DNA from: the human T2T-CHM13v2.0 reference genome, Homo sapiens
DNA length: 64,000 bases
Reading direction: 5' to 3' (one strand)
NCBI RefSeq assembly: GCF_009914755.1
Contig: NC_060934.1
Shown: positions 14,345-31,687 of the stretch, one piece after another
Layout of the letters: the number at the start of each line of letters is the position of its first letter
How positions within the stretch are numbered: position 1 is the first letter of the stretch
Made by a program: the position numbers and the translations under genes
The notes under the pieces: generated by a model
Database searches by the model: none
Told to the model about the DNA's origin: nothing
The model's input: only the letters and a program-made list of their open reading frames with translations

Positions 14345-15269
14345 TATTTCTAAATTCATGTGTGTTCTTTGAATGTTCCTTTGAACTGGTCGTACCATAC
14401 TATTGCTTTCCTCACTAAATAGTAAGTTAAGTAAACTTGATGTGTTCATTGTATATTTTATGACAATCATGACTGTGCCTTTTAAAAATTATCCTTTTAA
14501 CAAGGACAACAGGGCAAAGCATTTGGATGTACAAGTTTGTGGGAAGTTGCAAAATGTATGGACACAAACATCAACAGCAACAGCAACAATAAAATCAGAA
14601 TTCAATGCCTCAGGGGAGCCTCTGGTGCCTCAAACAAAACCCAGAAGGGATTTGCCAGCCGTGCAGGGTTTGGGTGAGCAGCACGAGGTAGATCCTCCAG
14701 GGACCAGCAGGCTGCAGAGAGGCCAAAAGTCCCCTTGGGCCCCACAGGGAGTTGCATTTCAGCCCCTGAAGTGCAGAGCAATGAGGTTAGGTCTGAAAAA
14801 TAACAAACGAGGTCCTAAAAGCATCACTGCTACCTGTAGAGCTGAGCCAGGTATGTGCCAACTGGCTGGAGCCTGTTGCTGAGATGTTGCTGACAGCCTG
14901 GTAGGCAGAAGCTCAGGGCCCAGGCTACGGTGGGGCTGTCTGGCGCAATGAAGCCACCTGCAAAGACAAACACAGTCCGTCTTGGGCCTAGAGGGACACC
15001 ACTGTCCTGGTCCTCTTCCCAGATGGAGCAGACAACCCCTGCTGCCCCATGGAATAGAAGGGGGATCTGTGTAGTGGGTAGCTCTGAGAAGGTATTTGTA
15101 TCTCCAGAGCTGAGGCTAAACAGGTCCTTTGTGGCATCCTAATTAAAGAGACCATCGTCATCGTGGTCACCTGCTTCTGCTTCCAGCCAGGATCATCCTG
15201 CAAAGCTCCACAGCTTGGGATAGGATGTCCTACAAGGTTAAAGTGTCCATGATGTTTGCAAAGGCCCCG

Positions 15270-15435
15270 GGCTGGGGTGTGAGGCTGAGCTGGGTTTGAG
15301 TCCCAACTCTCCCTTTTGCCTGCTGTGTGACCTCACAAGGGGTGTTTAACTCACCTGATGAGCTGTGGGATTACCTGAGAATATAGGAAACGTGGAAAAA
15401 GCATCTGATATAGAGCAGATTCATCCTAAATATCA
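15270..15435 (+). mobile_element. MIR fragment
   Basis: ctgggtttgagtcccaactct...gctgtgtgacctc. Confidence 0.6.
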
Positions 15436-16716
15436 GTACCCCCATTCCTTCTTGTAGAGCAGGAAACAGGTCTTCTGTAGGCTCTACAAAGCACCAGATA
15501 AGATTTGGCCAATCTCTACAAGTCAAAAGTTCTACTTCCGGCTCAACACAAATTCACTTCTTCTCTGTGGGTCTTTAAAACAAAGGGTTCTGAACCTGGT
15601 ATGAAATTCTAGCATTCAATCTTGCCATTTTCAGAACCTGGGAAAACTGACTTGCTTTTCTAAGAAATGCCTGCAAAGTTCCAGCAGAACGCTGGTCCCA
15701 CTCTCTTTCCCTCTTGACTCTCCCTAGACAGATGCGTTACCATTGAGATGAGAATTTCTGGACGGTGCAAAGCAAATCTGAGGGTGGCTCCTCAGAGTTC
15801 TGTGTGGAATTTTCTATAACCTCCACTGCCCTCTGGACAACAGACAGCATCCCAACCACACTGCCAGCATTCTGCTTCCAAACAGGAGAAGCAACAGCAC
15901 CTCTTCCCTTCATAAAGATGGCTGGCTCTTCTCAGGCATCCTAAAGCCGGAGTGTGGGCTCCACAGGGCGGGTGCTGGGCCTCAGCTGTCCAGAGAAGTC
16001 AGCCTCAGGTCAACGTGGGCTGCTTGGCCTGTTATTCCAAATGATGGAATTCTCTGGCCTTGAAAGCTCATCTCCTCCTTTCCACCAAATGATTAAAATG
16101 CTAAGTGAAAAACATTGCTGAGACTCAAAGGGAGCCGGGGCACAGCGTGTCCTTAAATAACTCCTCAGGCCGCAAGTCTAATCACTCTTTGTCCTGAACT
16201 TCTGGTAGCAGCATCAACTTCTCAAAGGGCCCAGGAGTGCAGTTTTTTTTTCCCCTACAAAGACCATACTTTTTCTGGGGGTCATTTCCCCCTTTGACAA
16301 CTATTCCAAGAATGCAAAAAGAAGGAATATTTTCTTCCTAAAAATTATACTTCCAGACTTTGAGCTGTGACGATGCTCATGAAGAGTCAATAATATGCTG
16401 CTGCCGTGGAAATCACAAGCACAAAGGAGATGTCTTTAGCCAGCCCCAGAGGGTCCCTCTCAAGGGCTGTTCCAGGTGCATTTTAAATCATGCCAGCAAT
16501 TGTAACCCACGCACCAGCAGGGTCTCCCTGCCTCCAAGGACCTGGCTAAGCTCTACATTGACCCTTCTTCTGTGGTCTCAACAAGCCCACGGTTACATTC
16601 ATGTCCTCAAGGCTACCTCTGACCTTCAATTTAGCGTTTATTCTCCCGCCTACCTTCTCACACACACACGCCCTGCTGCCCATCCAGCCAAGTCAGACCT
16701 GGACTATGCAGTTTCT

Positions 16717-16720
<4 letters not shown>

Positions 16721-16748
<28 letters not shown>
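16721..16748. repeat. (AC)14 microsatellite
   Basis: Perfect dinucleotide run. Confidence 0.95.
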
Positions 16749-16953
16749 CACTCATGCGTGTCATTTGTGTATTTATAGCTTTTTATGGAGTAATTGGAGA
16801 CAGGGAGGAATTGTCAGGATATACCACTGTCTGTTCACAAAAGCCTTACTTCCTTTGGGTACAGAGACTACATTTCCCAGCTTCCCTTGCAATTAGGTTT
16901 GGCCACGTGACTTGCATTCTAGCTAATGGAAGCAGGGCAGAAGTGAAGTGTCA

Positions 16954-17338
16954 TGGTCTGTTCATATAATGGAATACACTTCAACAATAAATAGAAACAA
17001 ACTACTGTCTCTCTCTCTGAGTGAACCTTAAAAACATGAGGCTGAGTGAAAGAAACAAGACACACGAGACCACAGATTGTATGACTCACTTTCAATGAAA
17101 TGTCCAGAAGAGGAAAATCCACAGAGACAGAAGGTAAAGTAGCAGTTCCCTGGGGATAGGAACAGAGATGACAGGAAATGGGCATGAGGGATCTTACTGG
17201 GGATGAAAGTGCTCTAAAACTGTTTTATGGTGATGGTTACAACACTTGGTAAAGTTACCGAAATCAGTGAACTGATATCTGAAATGGATAAACTTCATGA
17301 TACGTAAAATGTACCTCAATAAAGTTGTTTTAAAAAAA
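16954..17338 (+). mobile_element. Old L1M (L1MB/ME-type) 3' end
   Basis: gctgagtgaaagaaac...aaatgtccaga...acctcaataaagttgtttt plus A tail. Confidence 0.75.
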
Positions 17339-17545
17339 GGAGTGAGAGAGCTATTCCCAGCCCCAATCTGGAGAAACCTTTGGCATGTTCTCTAGGCCCT
17401 TTCCTTCATGTTAACCAGACCATGATGGAGACCAGGAGGAGGGACCCTGGGTCCCAAGGGACTACATGGAGGTGAGTCAACCCCAGGCCTGTCCTGCAAG
17501 CACGAGGTGCGCGGCCTCGTGTTGAGCCAGTACTCGTTTGAATTT

Positions 17546-17865
<320 letters not shown>

Positions 17866-18799
17866 TGAATTTTGTTGTTAAAGCAGCTAGCTTCCACCTC
17901 CCAGGTGGCTCCCTGGCAACCACACATATTTCAGTGTGAATGGCATTGTGGTTCTTTGGCCACACCAGCCTTGGAATTGTCTTTCTTGGCTACCAGCTTT
18001 TTCATCTTCCCCACCTCTCACTGGGTCTTCTCTTCCTCTCCACTCTTTCTCCCTCTGCCACATCCCTGCCTCTTGAATTGTGCCCAGGGATTCCAGATCC
18101 TTCTCTCTTATGCAAAGCATAGCTGTCAATAGATGACCAAGTATAAGGGCTTGTTTTCAGAGTAGTCTTGGGAGAGAGGGAAGAGGGGAGGTATTTGCCT
18201 TTGTGAGGGGTTGAGGGTGGGGGCTGAGCTTAGAACTGGGAGACTAAGCTTAGGTGGGAAGCTTACGGGACCAGGCTCTAGCAGATTCTGCTGTGGGTGC
18301 TTGGGCAGTGCTGAGACCATTTAGCCCCCTGCAACAACTGGGGAAGGGAGGAGGGCAGGCAGACGTGGACCTGGGCACGCCAGGGACACAGACCTTTCGC
18401 CATCTCCAGCACTCAGGTTTTTCTGCTTCTCCAGAACTGAATTGGCACGTGGGTGGTCAGAGTCAAGAACATCTCTTTGAGTCGTAACAGAGAAAAGGTA
18501 TTGAGTATTAGCAGGGGAGAGTTACTGAAACAAAGAAATGCCTTAAAGTATTCATATTCTCAGTGACAAGCAACATAATTCAGCAGGCATCATTGAAACT
18601 GTCGGGGAGAAAACTCCTGGCAAGTTTCTATGGCATAAGCATCAACAATGGCAGCTGATTTTACAAGTCCCGTTGTTACTCACCGAAGATGTTTACAGTG
18701 GATTGGACATTTTCTTCATTCCTTGTGCTGTCACTCTCAAGCTCCTACAGAAGCCACTGCGGGCCCCACACAGCATGCGCCCCTCCATTCTCCCCAGCA

Positions 18800-19340
18800 C
18801 TGCCTGAAAGCAGCCCTGACAAGCCTCACCTGCATTCACAAGGCTTCCTCCCAACTGCTTTCCTGCCTCCGCCTTTTCTTCCTCTAACACATGCTCCACA
18901 GCCACTGTGATCTTTTAAACTCACATTTATAGCCATGTCAATCTTCTGCTTCAAACCCTCTGAAGGCTGCCCATTCCCCTCAAGATAAAGCTCATCTCCC
19001 TTAGTGGGGCAGGGTCACCCTGCTCAGTTATTTGAGTTGTGCACTGCACAAGTGTAGGGGTGCTCTGAGACACATCTGTACTCCACGCCCATGAAAGTAA
19101 CACAGAGAGAGACCTTCGAGGCCTTCAGGTCCCCAAATCTCTCTGGCCTAACGTGTCACCGTCTTTGACAGACGCTTTCTATCCAGCCACTTAGAATTCC
19201 CAGTCCATGCGGCTCGGTCCCTTCTGCTTGGAACTCCTCCCCACTCCCTTCTTCCTCCAGGTGTTTCCCATTCACCCTTCTTCCTCCAGGTGTTTCCCAT
19301 TCATCCTTCACAGCTCAGTTCAGCATCACGTCCTCCAGGA
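18800..19340 (+). mobile_element. L2 fragments (include a 29-bp perfect tandem duplication at 19246-19303)
   Basis: ccacagccactgtgatcttttaaa...ctgcttcaaaccctc...cccctcaagataaag L2 3' motifs. Confidence 0.65.
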
Positions 19341-21061
19341 GGCTGCCCCATCCCCTTGCCAATTCTCTCTGCTCCTCCTACACCCACCAGGTGGCTGTGG
19401 TTTCTCTAATACCCACATCAAAGCACAGGTCACTCTGTGCTCTGCCTACACCATGAGTTCCCGGAGGATGACTACGTCTCGGGAGATGGGAGGTGAGATT
19501 TGGACTGTCCCTCATAGAGCAGGTGGGCCCAGAAGCAGAGGCACAGATGGCTACCCCTCAGCCAGAGGAAGGCCATGAGGGAAAAGCTGCAGGAAGCCAG
19601 AGGGAAACTGAGGCCAGGATCAGGGCTCTGAGGCTGATAAACCTATCAACCAGGGTCACCATGGGAAAACTGAAGCAAAGATGGCAGGTAGTTGCTGAAA
19701 ATATTCACTGACCCCTTCCCCAACCCGTCTCCGTCCCTTCCCCCCACCACACTGCTCATCTCCAGCCAGGCCTTTTCTGGGCCACAGCCACCAACTCCTA
19801 CTCACCCCAGGGCCAACAAGACACGTGCTAACTCAGCCTGGCACAAATGCCCTGGGAAGGGCCTGGGTGGCAAAGGGTTAAGATGGGCAGGCTCAATGCA
19901 AATGGCACCACTGGCCTGTGGGAATGGTGCAGGCCTAGGGTTTGATCCAGCTCATCATTATAATATACGATGTTAATGGGGCTCAAAGAACTAAGGTGAA
20001 GGGTGCCCTTTAATCCCCTTGAGGTAAGATGCAGATCCCCAGCTTGGCTGGAGACACAATATTCTCTCCTAGACCATCGGGAGCTTGACCCATGGGCACT
20101 GGCAATGAACCTCTCAGAATCCTTGTTTACCTACAAGAGATAATAAAACCGCATAATCACGGAAATGAATACGCATAGTCACAGAGATCAACCAAGAGTG
20201 ACTGAATCTTCCATTCTGCTGGAATGATTAAAATTCTCCAGATGGGTCTTTGCTGTAAGAGGTCAGATAATTGGATTCTCTCTAAAGGGAGAGCTCTTTC
20301 CTTCTGCATCCACAGAGCAAATACCTATTTGAGAGTTCAGGCCCGGGAGGCCCTGTGGGGTGGGCAATGACAACTTCGGAGCACGCAGGGGTGCGGGTCC
20401 GGGGATGGACACAGGAAGAACAGGCCAGGGCAGTGACATGACCTCACATCAAGGAAGCCAGGCTCTTGTTTGGTTTTGTTTTTAAATAAAACTGCTATGT
20501 TAAAAGCTTTTTGTTCTATACTGAGTTTCTAAATCTTGGGCTTCTTTTTTCTTTAAATGACAAACAGATCATGATGAAGGCATTTTGTTATGTATGTTAA
20601 ATGCAGACATTTCCAGAGAAAACAAATAAAAGGCAGACATAACACAGGCTTATGCGTCTGTGCTCAGATGCTTGTGCATTCGCTCAGTTACTTAAATGAA
20701 GTCAGTTTCTATCGTCTTGTATTACGCAGAAAGGGGAGTATTTTCGAAGCCCTTTCTCAATTAAAGGGGAATGGATCTGTCCGATCTTTTCTCCAACATG
20801 GTTTTACAACAGGGTCCTTTCCTCCCTGCCCCACTCCTTCTGTAGGAGTTGACTGCTTCTTCCCTCTTGGTATTTAATTACTCACCAATTGGAGGAAAAA
20901 AAGATTTGATATTTAAGTATGTCACAAAAAACCAGGCAAATATACTGCTGCAAGGGTTGTGGAATTAGAAATACCCAGGTCTAAGAGTCTCTGCCACTTA
21001 CTACTGGGCAGGTGACTTCATCTTCTAGCCTCAATTTTGTCATCTATAAAATGGAGGAAAC

Positions 21062-21509
<448 letters not shown>

Positions 21510-22586
21510 TGAAATAAAATGGAAGAAAGAATGTGAGAATTAAGTGAAATAAGGCCTGCACAGGAATTTGAAGAGTGTCTGAATAAGCTTACATTATGAT
21601 GTTTTATGAATTCTGTCTACTAAATGATCACTTATCCCAGAGGACTCAGTTCCTCAGGCTGGAAGGGATCTTGGGATAGTCTATTTACAGAAGAAACTGA
21701 TCTTGGGAGGGGCAGGATGGCTCACTAGAGCCAGACAGCAGGGAGGTGGCAGCTAATTCTTACTGAGCACCTACATTTGGCATTCTGCCTCCACCTAGGT
21801 CCCCCACACAGCCTGTGTCCCCAGAGACACAAGCCTGCTCACAAGGGCTGCTCAGTGCACAAATGAACGGATGACTGGATGGCGGCCCTCCAGTCTCTCC
21901 CTACCCACATGCCCACCCCCAATTTCTCTCCGCTCAAGCCTCAGCTTGAGGGGTTGAGGTTGGAGAAAAGGAGGGCAGCTCTAAGGGCTGTGGCTTGGGG
22001 ACAGTCTGAGCCCCAAACCCACACCTGGCCCTGGACAAGGAGAGGGCCCACTGAAGTGGAAACTGGGGGGAAGGAAGGGAAGAAGGTCCAACAATCTCCC
22101 CACAGAGGGGCTTTGGGTGATCACCTCCTCTGGTTGCCCCCCAGGATTCTGTGTGAGCCACCTGGGCTCTGAGGGGAGCCCAGACACCCCTTCCTCCAGT
22201 GCAGGCCTAAGTAGGGGCACCAAGACTCCTCTGCTGCATGGGCTAAGACCCCTGACAGCCAAAGCCAACCCCACGAACCAAGTCAAGGCTCCAAGCAAAG
22301 GGCCCCATCTGCCGTCAAGCCTTTCTCCAAGGGCTGGGTGCCCACAGAGCCCCCCTCAGCAGGAAGCAGGGAGGCCCCGCCCACCCTTCCCAGCTGGTTC
22401 TTTGCCCTGGGGAAGATGGATTAGGAGAGATGCTTTCAAAGGCACGAAATTTTTTTTTTCTTCTCTCTCTCTTTTTAATGAAGCAAACCAGATAGACAGG
22501 AGAAAACTCAAAAAGAAATGTTTTAAGAATAATGACCTTTTCTTGTTATTGTTTAAAAAAAATCATGCTCATTAGAAACAAATTCA

Positions 22587-23292
22587 ATGATAAATACCAG
22601 AGACTAGGAAGGGTGTGTCAGTGGGGAGAAGGACAGAGAGGTTGGTTAATGGATACAAACACACAGTAAGACAGAAAGAATAAGGTTCAATAGCAGAGGA
22701 GGGTGACTAGTTAGCAACAATGTAGGGTGTATTTCAAAATAGCTACAAGAAAGGTCTTGAAATATCCCCAGAATACAGAAATAAATACTTGAGGTGATGG
22801 ATACCCCAAATACCCTGACTTGGTCACTCCACATTCCATGCACCTAACAAAATATTACATGTATTAAGCCGTTCTCACATTGCTATAAGGAAATACCTGA
22901 GATGGGGTAATTTTTAAGGAAAAGAGCTTTAATTGGCTCACAGTTCTGCAGGCTGTACAGGAAGCATGGCAGCATCTGCTTCTGGGGAGGCCTCAGGGAG
23001 CTTCTAGTCATGGCAGAAGGTGAATGAGAGCCGGCGTCTTATGTGACAGGAGCAGGACCAAGAGCAAGGGGGAAGTGCCACATACTTTTGAACAACCAGC
23101 TCTCATGAGAACTCACTCACTATAATGAGGGCAGTACACGGGGGAAATCCACCCCAATAATCAAATCACTTCCACCAAGACCCACCTCCAACACCGGGGA
23201 TTACAATAGATTTGGGCGAGGACACAGATCCAAACCATATCATTATATGTACCTCACAAATATGTATGAATATTATGCATCAATGAAAAAAA
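22587..23292 (+). mobile_element. L1MA 3' end, split by MSTA
   Basis: L1MA 3'UTR motifs; TSD AAACAAATTCAA on both sides. Confidence 0.8.
22860..23242 (-). mobile_element. MSTA MaLR solo LTR
   Basis: tgtatta...gacacagatccaaaccatatca; 5-bp TSD ttaca/ttata. Confidence 0.9.
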
Positions 23293-24438
23293 CAAATTCA
23301 AGCAATATAAAAAGGACCAAATGATCCCTTCAAAGTCAAGGGGAGAAAAGGGTAGACAAAGAGTGATTATTCAAGGTTATTGGATTTTGATATGACTGCA
23401 TGTTTCAAGTTTTACTTCCTGCTCTGAAAGATGAGGGAAGTGCCAGCGTTCCCTCACCTCCTTTTCCGATTTGGTGATGACATCATGATTTACACCGGCC
23501 ATGTTTATAAGAGTTACTCTCTGTTTTATAACACAATTTCACTAGTTACTGGGGTCTTAATTCCAAAATAGAATGGATTCTGTGTTCACTGTCATTCGTT
23601 TTCAGCACAGTTCCTTGTTCCTAAGATCTACAGTTTGATTCCTCAGTGTTCTGTCAAAAACGGCTTTTAGGAACTGTCCGCCCTGAGTGCCCACACGTGT
23701 AAAGCCATCTGTGTGTGGTCTTTATACGTGCCAGGGTCTGCTGATCCACATTTCCTTTCCCCCAAACTGTAGATTGTGGCCACCATCCTCGGGTGCTGAA
23801 TGCTGTGGGGGAATTTGTGCTTTGGTTTCCTTTGGCTTTTTGGTTGATAGGATTCTGCCTTTGTCACTGTGTTCAGAAGCTAACCATAGTTATGCTTCAG
23901 CATGGGTCACTCTGTCTATGTTTCTCTTTCTGGGATACAACGTGCTCAGTTGAATTGGAAGTCCATGTCCTCCTTCTGAAAAGTCAGCTTCCCATGGTTC
24001 CTTGAATGCCTTTTCAGTTTCATCCATTCTGTTCTCTTCTTGGAAAAACCAGTTGCCCTTTGCCTGCCATTTACATCTTCTTTACGATCAATCTTGCATG
24101 TTTTTTGTGCCAGTTTGTTTTGCACAATTTTGTCAAACTTGTGCTTTCAGGGTTGTGTGGCTTTGAACGTGGTTCCCGTCACTGTAATGTTTTATCTTTT
24201 TCTTCCATTTGTTTCCTCAACTTGCCTTTCATCTCTCTGTTGTCACAGAATCTCTGCTTGAAACTTACAGAGTTCAGTTGAGCTCAGTTTGTTGGTCCGT
24301 TGCGTCTGCAGTTTCTTTTGGGATATAAGGAACTCATTTGATCTTTCCTTTTCCTTCTTTGAGCCCTCCCTCTTGGAAGTGTGTTATTCATCTCACTCTT
24401 TCTTACATCCCTTTCCTGCTTTGCTTTTTTCTTGCTGT

Positions 24439-25554
<1,116 letters not shown>

Positions 25555-27179
25555 GTCTCCACCTCCCTTGTTCAAGGGAAAAAAGAGGCATTCTTCTTTC
25601 TTTTGAACAATATAAACTCATTTTCTTGTTCAGTTGCCTATTGTTCATGAAGGACCGCTGAATCAGCTGCTGGGAGTTGGTAGCAGAGGAGATCTCCTGG
25701 ATGGTGTGAGCCATCAGGCCTTTAATGAGGATAGTTTCATTTCTATAAAAATAAAAGAAAAATAAATGTTAATAGTAAGAACAAACCATAAACTCGCTTT
25801 CTGAGTCCATAGGGCAGCCAGTAAAGATTTCTAGATGCTGGCCCTGAAGTATCTTCAGCTGTAGCAAGGCACTGGGAGGGCAGTAGCAATCTAACGGATT
25901 TTCCAGGTTTGCAGTTTGGATGTCATGAAGGTTGTCCATACGTAAGCTGTTGTGGTTGGTGGTTCCTCCAAAGTTTAATAGAAAGTTGCTCAGCTTTAGC
26001 TTACAGGGCATTAGGAAAACAGCAGTGATCCCAAGCCAGAAAGATGAGAGAAAATTGGAAACATTAGTTTGGAAAGTCATAGTCAGATATTGGGCGAAAC
26101 TGGGAGAACTCAGGATCCAGTCCAAACTACATGTGGATAATAAAACCTCAAAAAAATGAACAGGGCTAGAATCAAATATTAGGTACACTATAGTTTTCTT
26201 CTGAAACAATTTTTCTCCCTATAGTCACCCCCATTTTTACCAAAGATAATCAAAGAAAGACTAATTCATTTGCAAAACAATAAGTTTAAGTCTATTATTT
26301 ACACAAATGCAGCAAGAATAGTGACTGACCACTTAGGCTCTTGTTCAGTCTGCTTTGCTAGAACTTTTGGTAAGGAACCTCAGATTAGACTTCTGAAAGC
26401 CTCTTTAGGATATGAAGCCAAACCAATGACCTACCATCATGCTTCATCTGTTACATTTAGATTTGAGTGAATTCCTCTCTTCTTGAGGTCCCTGAATATC
26501 CTGAGGTTTCTGTGCCTGCCAAGAAGGGATATTCCTTATTTGCCTGTAAGGCTGGAACCCTCAAGCCAGTTTTATTAAGATGGGCATGGCTTATTGGCTC
26601 CATAAAGTCAACCTTAGTTCCTTAAAGCTGTCTGGTCATATCTGAAAATATGGCATTCCAGTCAAAGCCTTGTAATATATCCAGTGCTTCCAATTGTGTC
26701 CTGTTATAAGGAGGACAGATTCTTATTTAACTTATGCAAATAACTATATTTCCATAAACATAAGAATACTTACAAATAGTTTCTGAATTCTGGATGGATC
26801 AAGGAGGGAGAAACCCCATTTTTGTTCACAAAAGTATACTTTATCAAATCGTTGCAATCTACAGATAGCTTTTTTTAAAAAGTTTGCTTAAATCTGGACA
26901 ACAAAACAATTAAAGCAAGCAATGTTTTAAATAAAAAGTCATTAAAAAGTATCCTCATCAGTTTATTCAGTCCCATGTAATTACTTTGTGTTCTGCTTGA
27001 TATTGAAATGGTTGTTTCATGAACCCATGAGTTTCTTCACCAGAGTTCTGGAAATTCTTACTCAGACCAATGGTATGATCTTAAAGTTTTGAGAAACCTG
27101 TGTTCTAGAGTACTTGTCAGAGTCTTTTCCATGAAACTCCTTGAAAAAGAAATTTTGGACTGTAGCTGATTGCAAATAA

Positions 27180-27513
<334 letters not shown>

Positions 27514-27708
27514 CAACTGTGGATGACAAAGACTTAGAATGGCCATGGTTAAAAATAGCATGAGAGTTCATTATTATTATTATTATAATGATGCAACTCA
27601 CAAAGAAATTTGGTTCTTTCAGTGGAATACAACAATTTAACATAGCCAAAATTATGACTGATAGAATATGAGATTTCTAGACATCTCACACAATTTTTAA
27701 AACATTCA

Positions 27709-28022
<314 letters not shown>

Positions 28023-30500
28023 ATTACTTAAAGAAAGTTTCGAATCACTTATCTGACAATGCTTCCCATATAACTTAACATCAAATAAGTCTAGTTAGTT
28101 TAGCCTCTCTCTTTTACAAAATCAGAGACACATCTTTTGAGCTTTTCCAGGAGCCCAATTTAAAAAATCCCAATGTTAATTCAAGGCCAAAAAGACTTAA
28201 TTTAGAATTTGATAATGGGAAATTTTTTTCAATGTCAAAAAGTTTAAAATGCTTCATCAAAATAGGATCACAGGTCACTTTGAAGTAAGAGTCACTCATT
28301 TAAACAGAGTAATAATTAAAAGACTTCAAGAGGTAAATACAGAAGTTTACATAGTTATCAATAAAACCTTAACTCTTAATATTGAGAAAATGCACTTATC
28401 TTAAGTAATCAAATACTTAATAAAAGACAATAATGAAACACAAGAAAATATCTTAATAAAACATAAAATATTTGTTTACTTAAAAGATAAGGAAAAACCC
28501 TTCATATTCTCAAACCATTACTCTGAGAAAATCCTGTCATTTTAACAGAGAAGACCAAAATCTACTTTTGTGTCAATGTAGTGCTGAAACTTATTTTAAT
28601 AAACCTTATAAATGAATCTATTCAATCTTAGTTAACTTTGACCATACAAGATAAAATTTTCACAATGCTTTTATAACCTTTTTTTTACTTCTATTACTGA
28701 TACTCATTAAGCAATTAAGCAATTCATTTTTACTGTGCATTCTACTCTAAGGTTGTATTTATAGTTTTATGTCCTTAAACATCCAGCAGAGACAACACAG
28801 ACCTCTCTGACCAGAGAACCAGGCAAAAATTTATGTCTGTATGATATTCAGTGCTGACAATTCTGAAGACAGTCCTATCTTTATTTGATCAGTAATTTTT
28901 AAACTAGCTTTTGTTTAACAAGGATTATTCCAGAGCACATGAACTTAAAAAAAAAATTGAGTCAGTTTCTAATTTTCTGAGAATTCTATGAAAACTTAAT
29001 TTGTTTGAGCATTCATTTATCCCTAAGCCAATTTTAGCATATTGGTTGGGTAATGCCATTGGAGGTAGAAAAAGATCACATATATATAACATATAAACAT
29101 AGATCATACATGTACACATCCAGAAACATACAAAGAGATGCAACTAGATCTTATGGCTTTCCATTTTTAAAAAATTTTAGTAATGAGGTAGTAAAACAGA
29201 GTCATACAAACTCACTGGTTTATCTTCACTTTATATTTTTATCCAGATTGTGTTTCTGATGAAAATAAGACAAGTTGAATTTACCTACTCAACAAGGGTT
29301 AAGGCTTTTTACCAATATTTGTGGAGAAGATTTTAAGATTTTTTCATTTGCCCAATTTCCAAATAGTCCTTTCTTTTTCTCTTTTCAGCCTCAGGTGCTT
29401 GCTTTTGAGGGGCCCTGTGTCCCTTATGAGCCCCTGGAGGGTAGAGAGGCTAAAATTCAATTGACTCAGGGGCAGGAGTGGGAAGGGAAAGGATCTGGCA
29501 AAGGTAACCAGAGTTGGCAGAGCATCTAGTCAGCAGGGGTTCAAAGAAAGGAGCTTCTGGTGACAGAATCATTCCAGTGAGAGAAGCAGGATCCAGTAGA
29601 GAGAACAGAAAGAATAAACAGAACGGGGAGGCCTCACAGAGAGTCAGGAAGAAAGACTTCCAGCCCAGGGAGTCAGGGAATAATTCCAACTCAGAGCAAG
29701 GAGCCAGGAAAAAGACGTCCCAGCTAAGGAAGTACCCTTGAAAAGAAGCCTGGAACTCTAACCCAGCTTCACAGAGTATACTCATACCTTAAGAATCAAA
29801 ATCTGTCTTTACCAGCTTGCCCATTTCACCACATTAGGACACATAGAGTGTACCTTCCAAGGACATTTGTCCAGAGCAATTGTTCAGGAGTCTGACTCAT
29901 CAACTGATCCTCTACTGTATTGAATAATTTCACTGTAACAATTATGGGGCCATGGTTGGTCTCTGTCTTTCATTCTCTTCAAATGTCGAATGGGCTTTGA
30001 CTGTGGTTTACAGTCAAGAGGGATACACTAAAAGATTACCATTCATGCAGGGATTTAAGACCATTTCCTAAAGGGAACTTGAAGCAGTTGACAACTTGGT
30101 GGGGGTCTTTCTCTTGAGTTGATAACTCTCTTCATGGGGTAACCTCCACACTCCTGCCTAGGAGAGTCACACATTTGAAGACAGAGCAGAAAAGGGGCTG
30201 ACATCTCATTTTAGGAAAACCTGCACCTAATCCTGTATTTCAGTGTGCCTCTCCTCTCTTGCCTGCTCCCTGAGACCAAGGTCCCTCTCCTCAGTCTCTC
30301 TGGAAAGCAGACCTCCAGTCTTCTGCAGGATAGCAGAAGAGTCAGGTGCCCATTCCTCAAAGGGAAGCAGGGAATCTTGAGGTCTATTTCCTCCACAGAC
30401 TTTGTATTCCAAATTCCACAGTCCTCCTGCTTTCACCACCACTGGTCACCACACTAGGGATCCTGCCGACTTTCTCTTGTCAGTTAATCATTTACTCTCT

Positions 30501-30877
30501 TGCTATGGTCTGAATGTATGTGTTCCTGCAAATTCATATGTTGGAACCTAATACCCAGTGTGATAGTACTAAGAGTTGGGGCCTTTAGGAGGTGATTAGG
30601 TCACAAAGGCTCCACTCTCCTGAAAAGAATTAGTGCCCTCATGAAAGAGATCTGAGTGCCCCATGAAAGAGATCTGAGCAAGCCTGCTTGCCCATTTCAC
30701 CATGTTAGGACACAGAGTGTGCCATCTATGTGGAACAGGCCCTCCTCAGCCACTGAATCTGCTGGTGCCTTTATCTTGGACTTCCCAGCCTCCAGAACTA
30801 TGAACAATAAATTTGTATTGTTTATAAATTACTCAGTCTAATGTATGTTGTTATGGCAGCTGAACAGACTAAGACAC
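30501..30877 (+). mobile_element. MSTD/MLT1A-like MaLR solo LTR
   Basis: tgctatggtctgaatgt...cagcctccagaact...gactaagaca; internal ~23-bp tandem duplication. Confidence 0.85.
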
Positions 30878-31687
30878 TCATTCATCCACTGTCCAGTTCC
30901 CAAAACATCCTGTTGTTATTCCACTCACTTTCTATTTGTCCTTAAGAGTTTGTGCTCCCTTTAATTCCTTTACTGTCTTTTTGGTGGGATTTGGGGTGGG
31001 GGTAGAAGGAAATTCACGTGTTCAGTCTGCCATATTTAACTGAATGTCACTTCTATCTGGTTTTCAAGGTGTACACTTTAATCAGAGTCTACCACACTAG
31101 TCCTACCCTCACTGAACTTCAAAATCCTGCTGTATTCAAGGCCCAAAGGAAATATCAACCCTATCTGAACAAGCCCCTCTGAACAACCCCCAATACCCTC
31201 TAATGTATAATTTTACAATATCAGGACCCCATCCACACAGACAGGACCCTTAGAGGGCCTGGGCAAGTGTACAAATGGACACCCACATACCATATGTCTA
31301 AATATTCAAAAGTTATAAATCAAGCAAACAAGCTGTTAAATACATTCCCTCCTCCTACAATGATAATTATACTTTCATAACAACCTGGAAACTTAAGTTC
31401 AAATTTAGAATTATCGGACTGCTTGGAGTTTTGCACTGAAACAGGCAGTGCAGCAACAGTTGGCCCCTAGCCTGTCCCTTTTTTTCATACTGGCCCACCC
31501 TGGACCAGTTGTGAACACCTATATTCACTCTCTAGGCCCTTATATGAAAGCTCTTCTCCCCATCCCCACAAATATCCCCCCTTGGCCCAACTTTGGGCCT
31601 AGACGTACTCATCCAATTGTGTGGCCCACCTGAGGAAGAGGAACCCAGGAAGAAAGCCAGCACAGGCCCTGGAAGTGCCTTGGAGCT

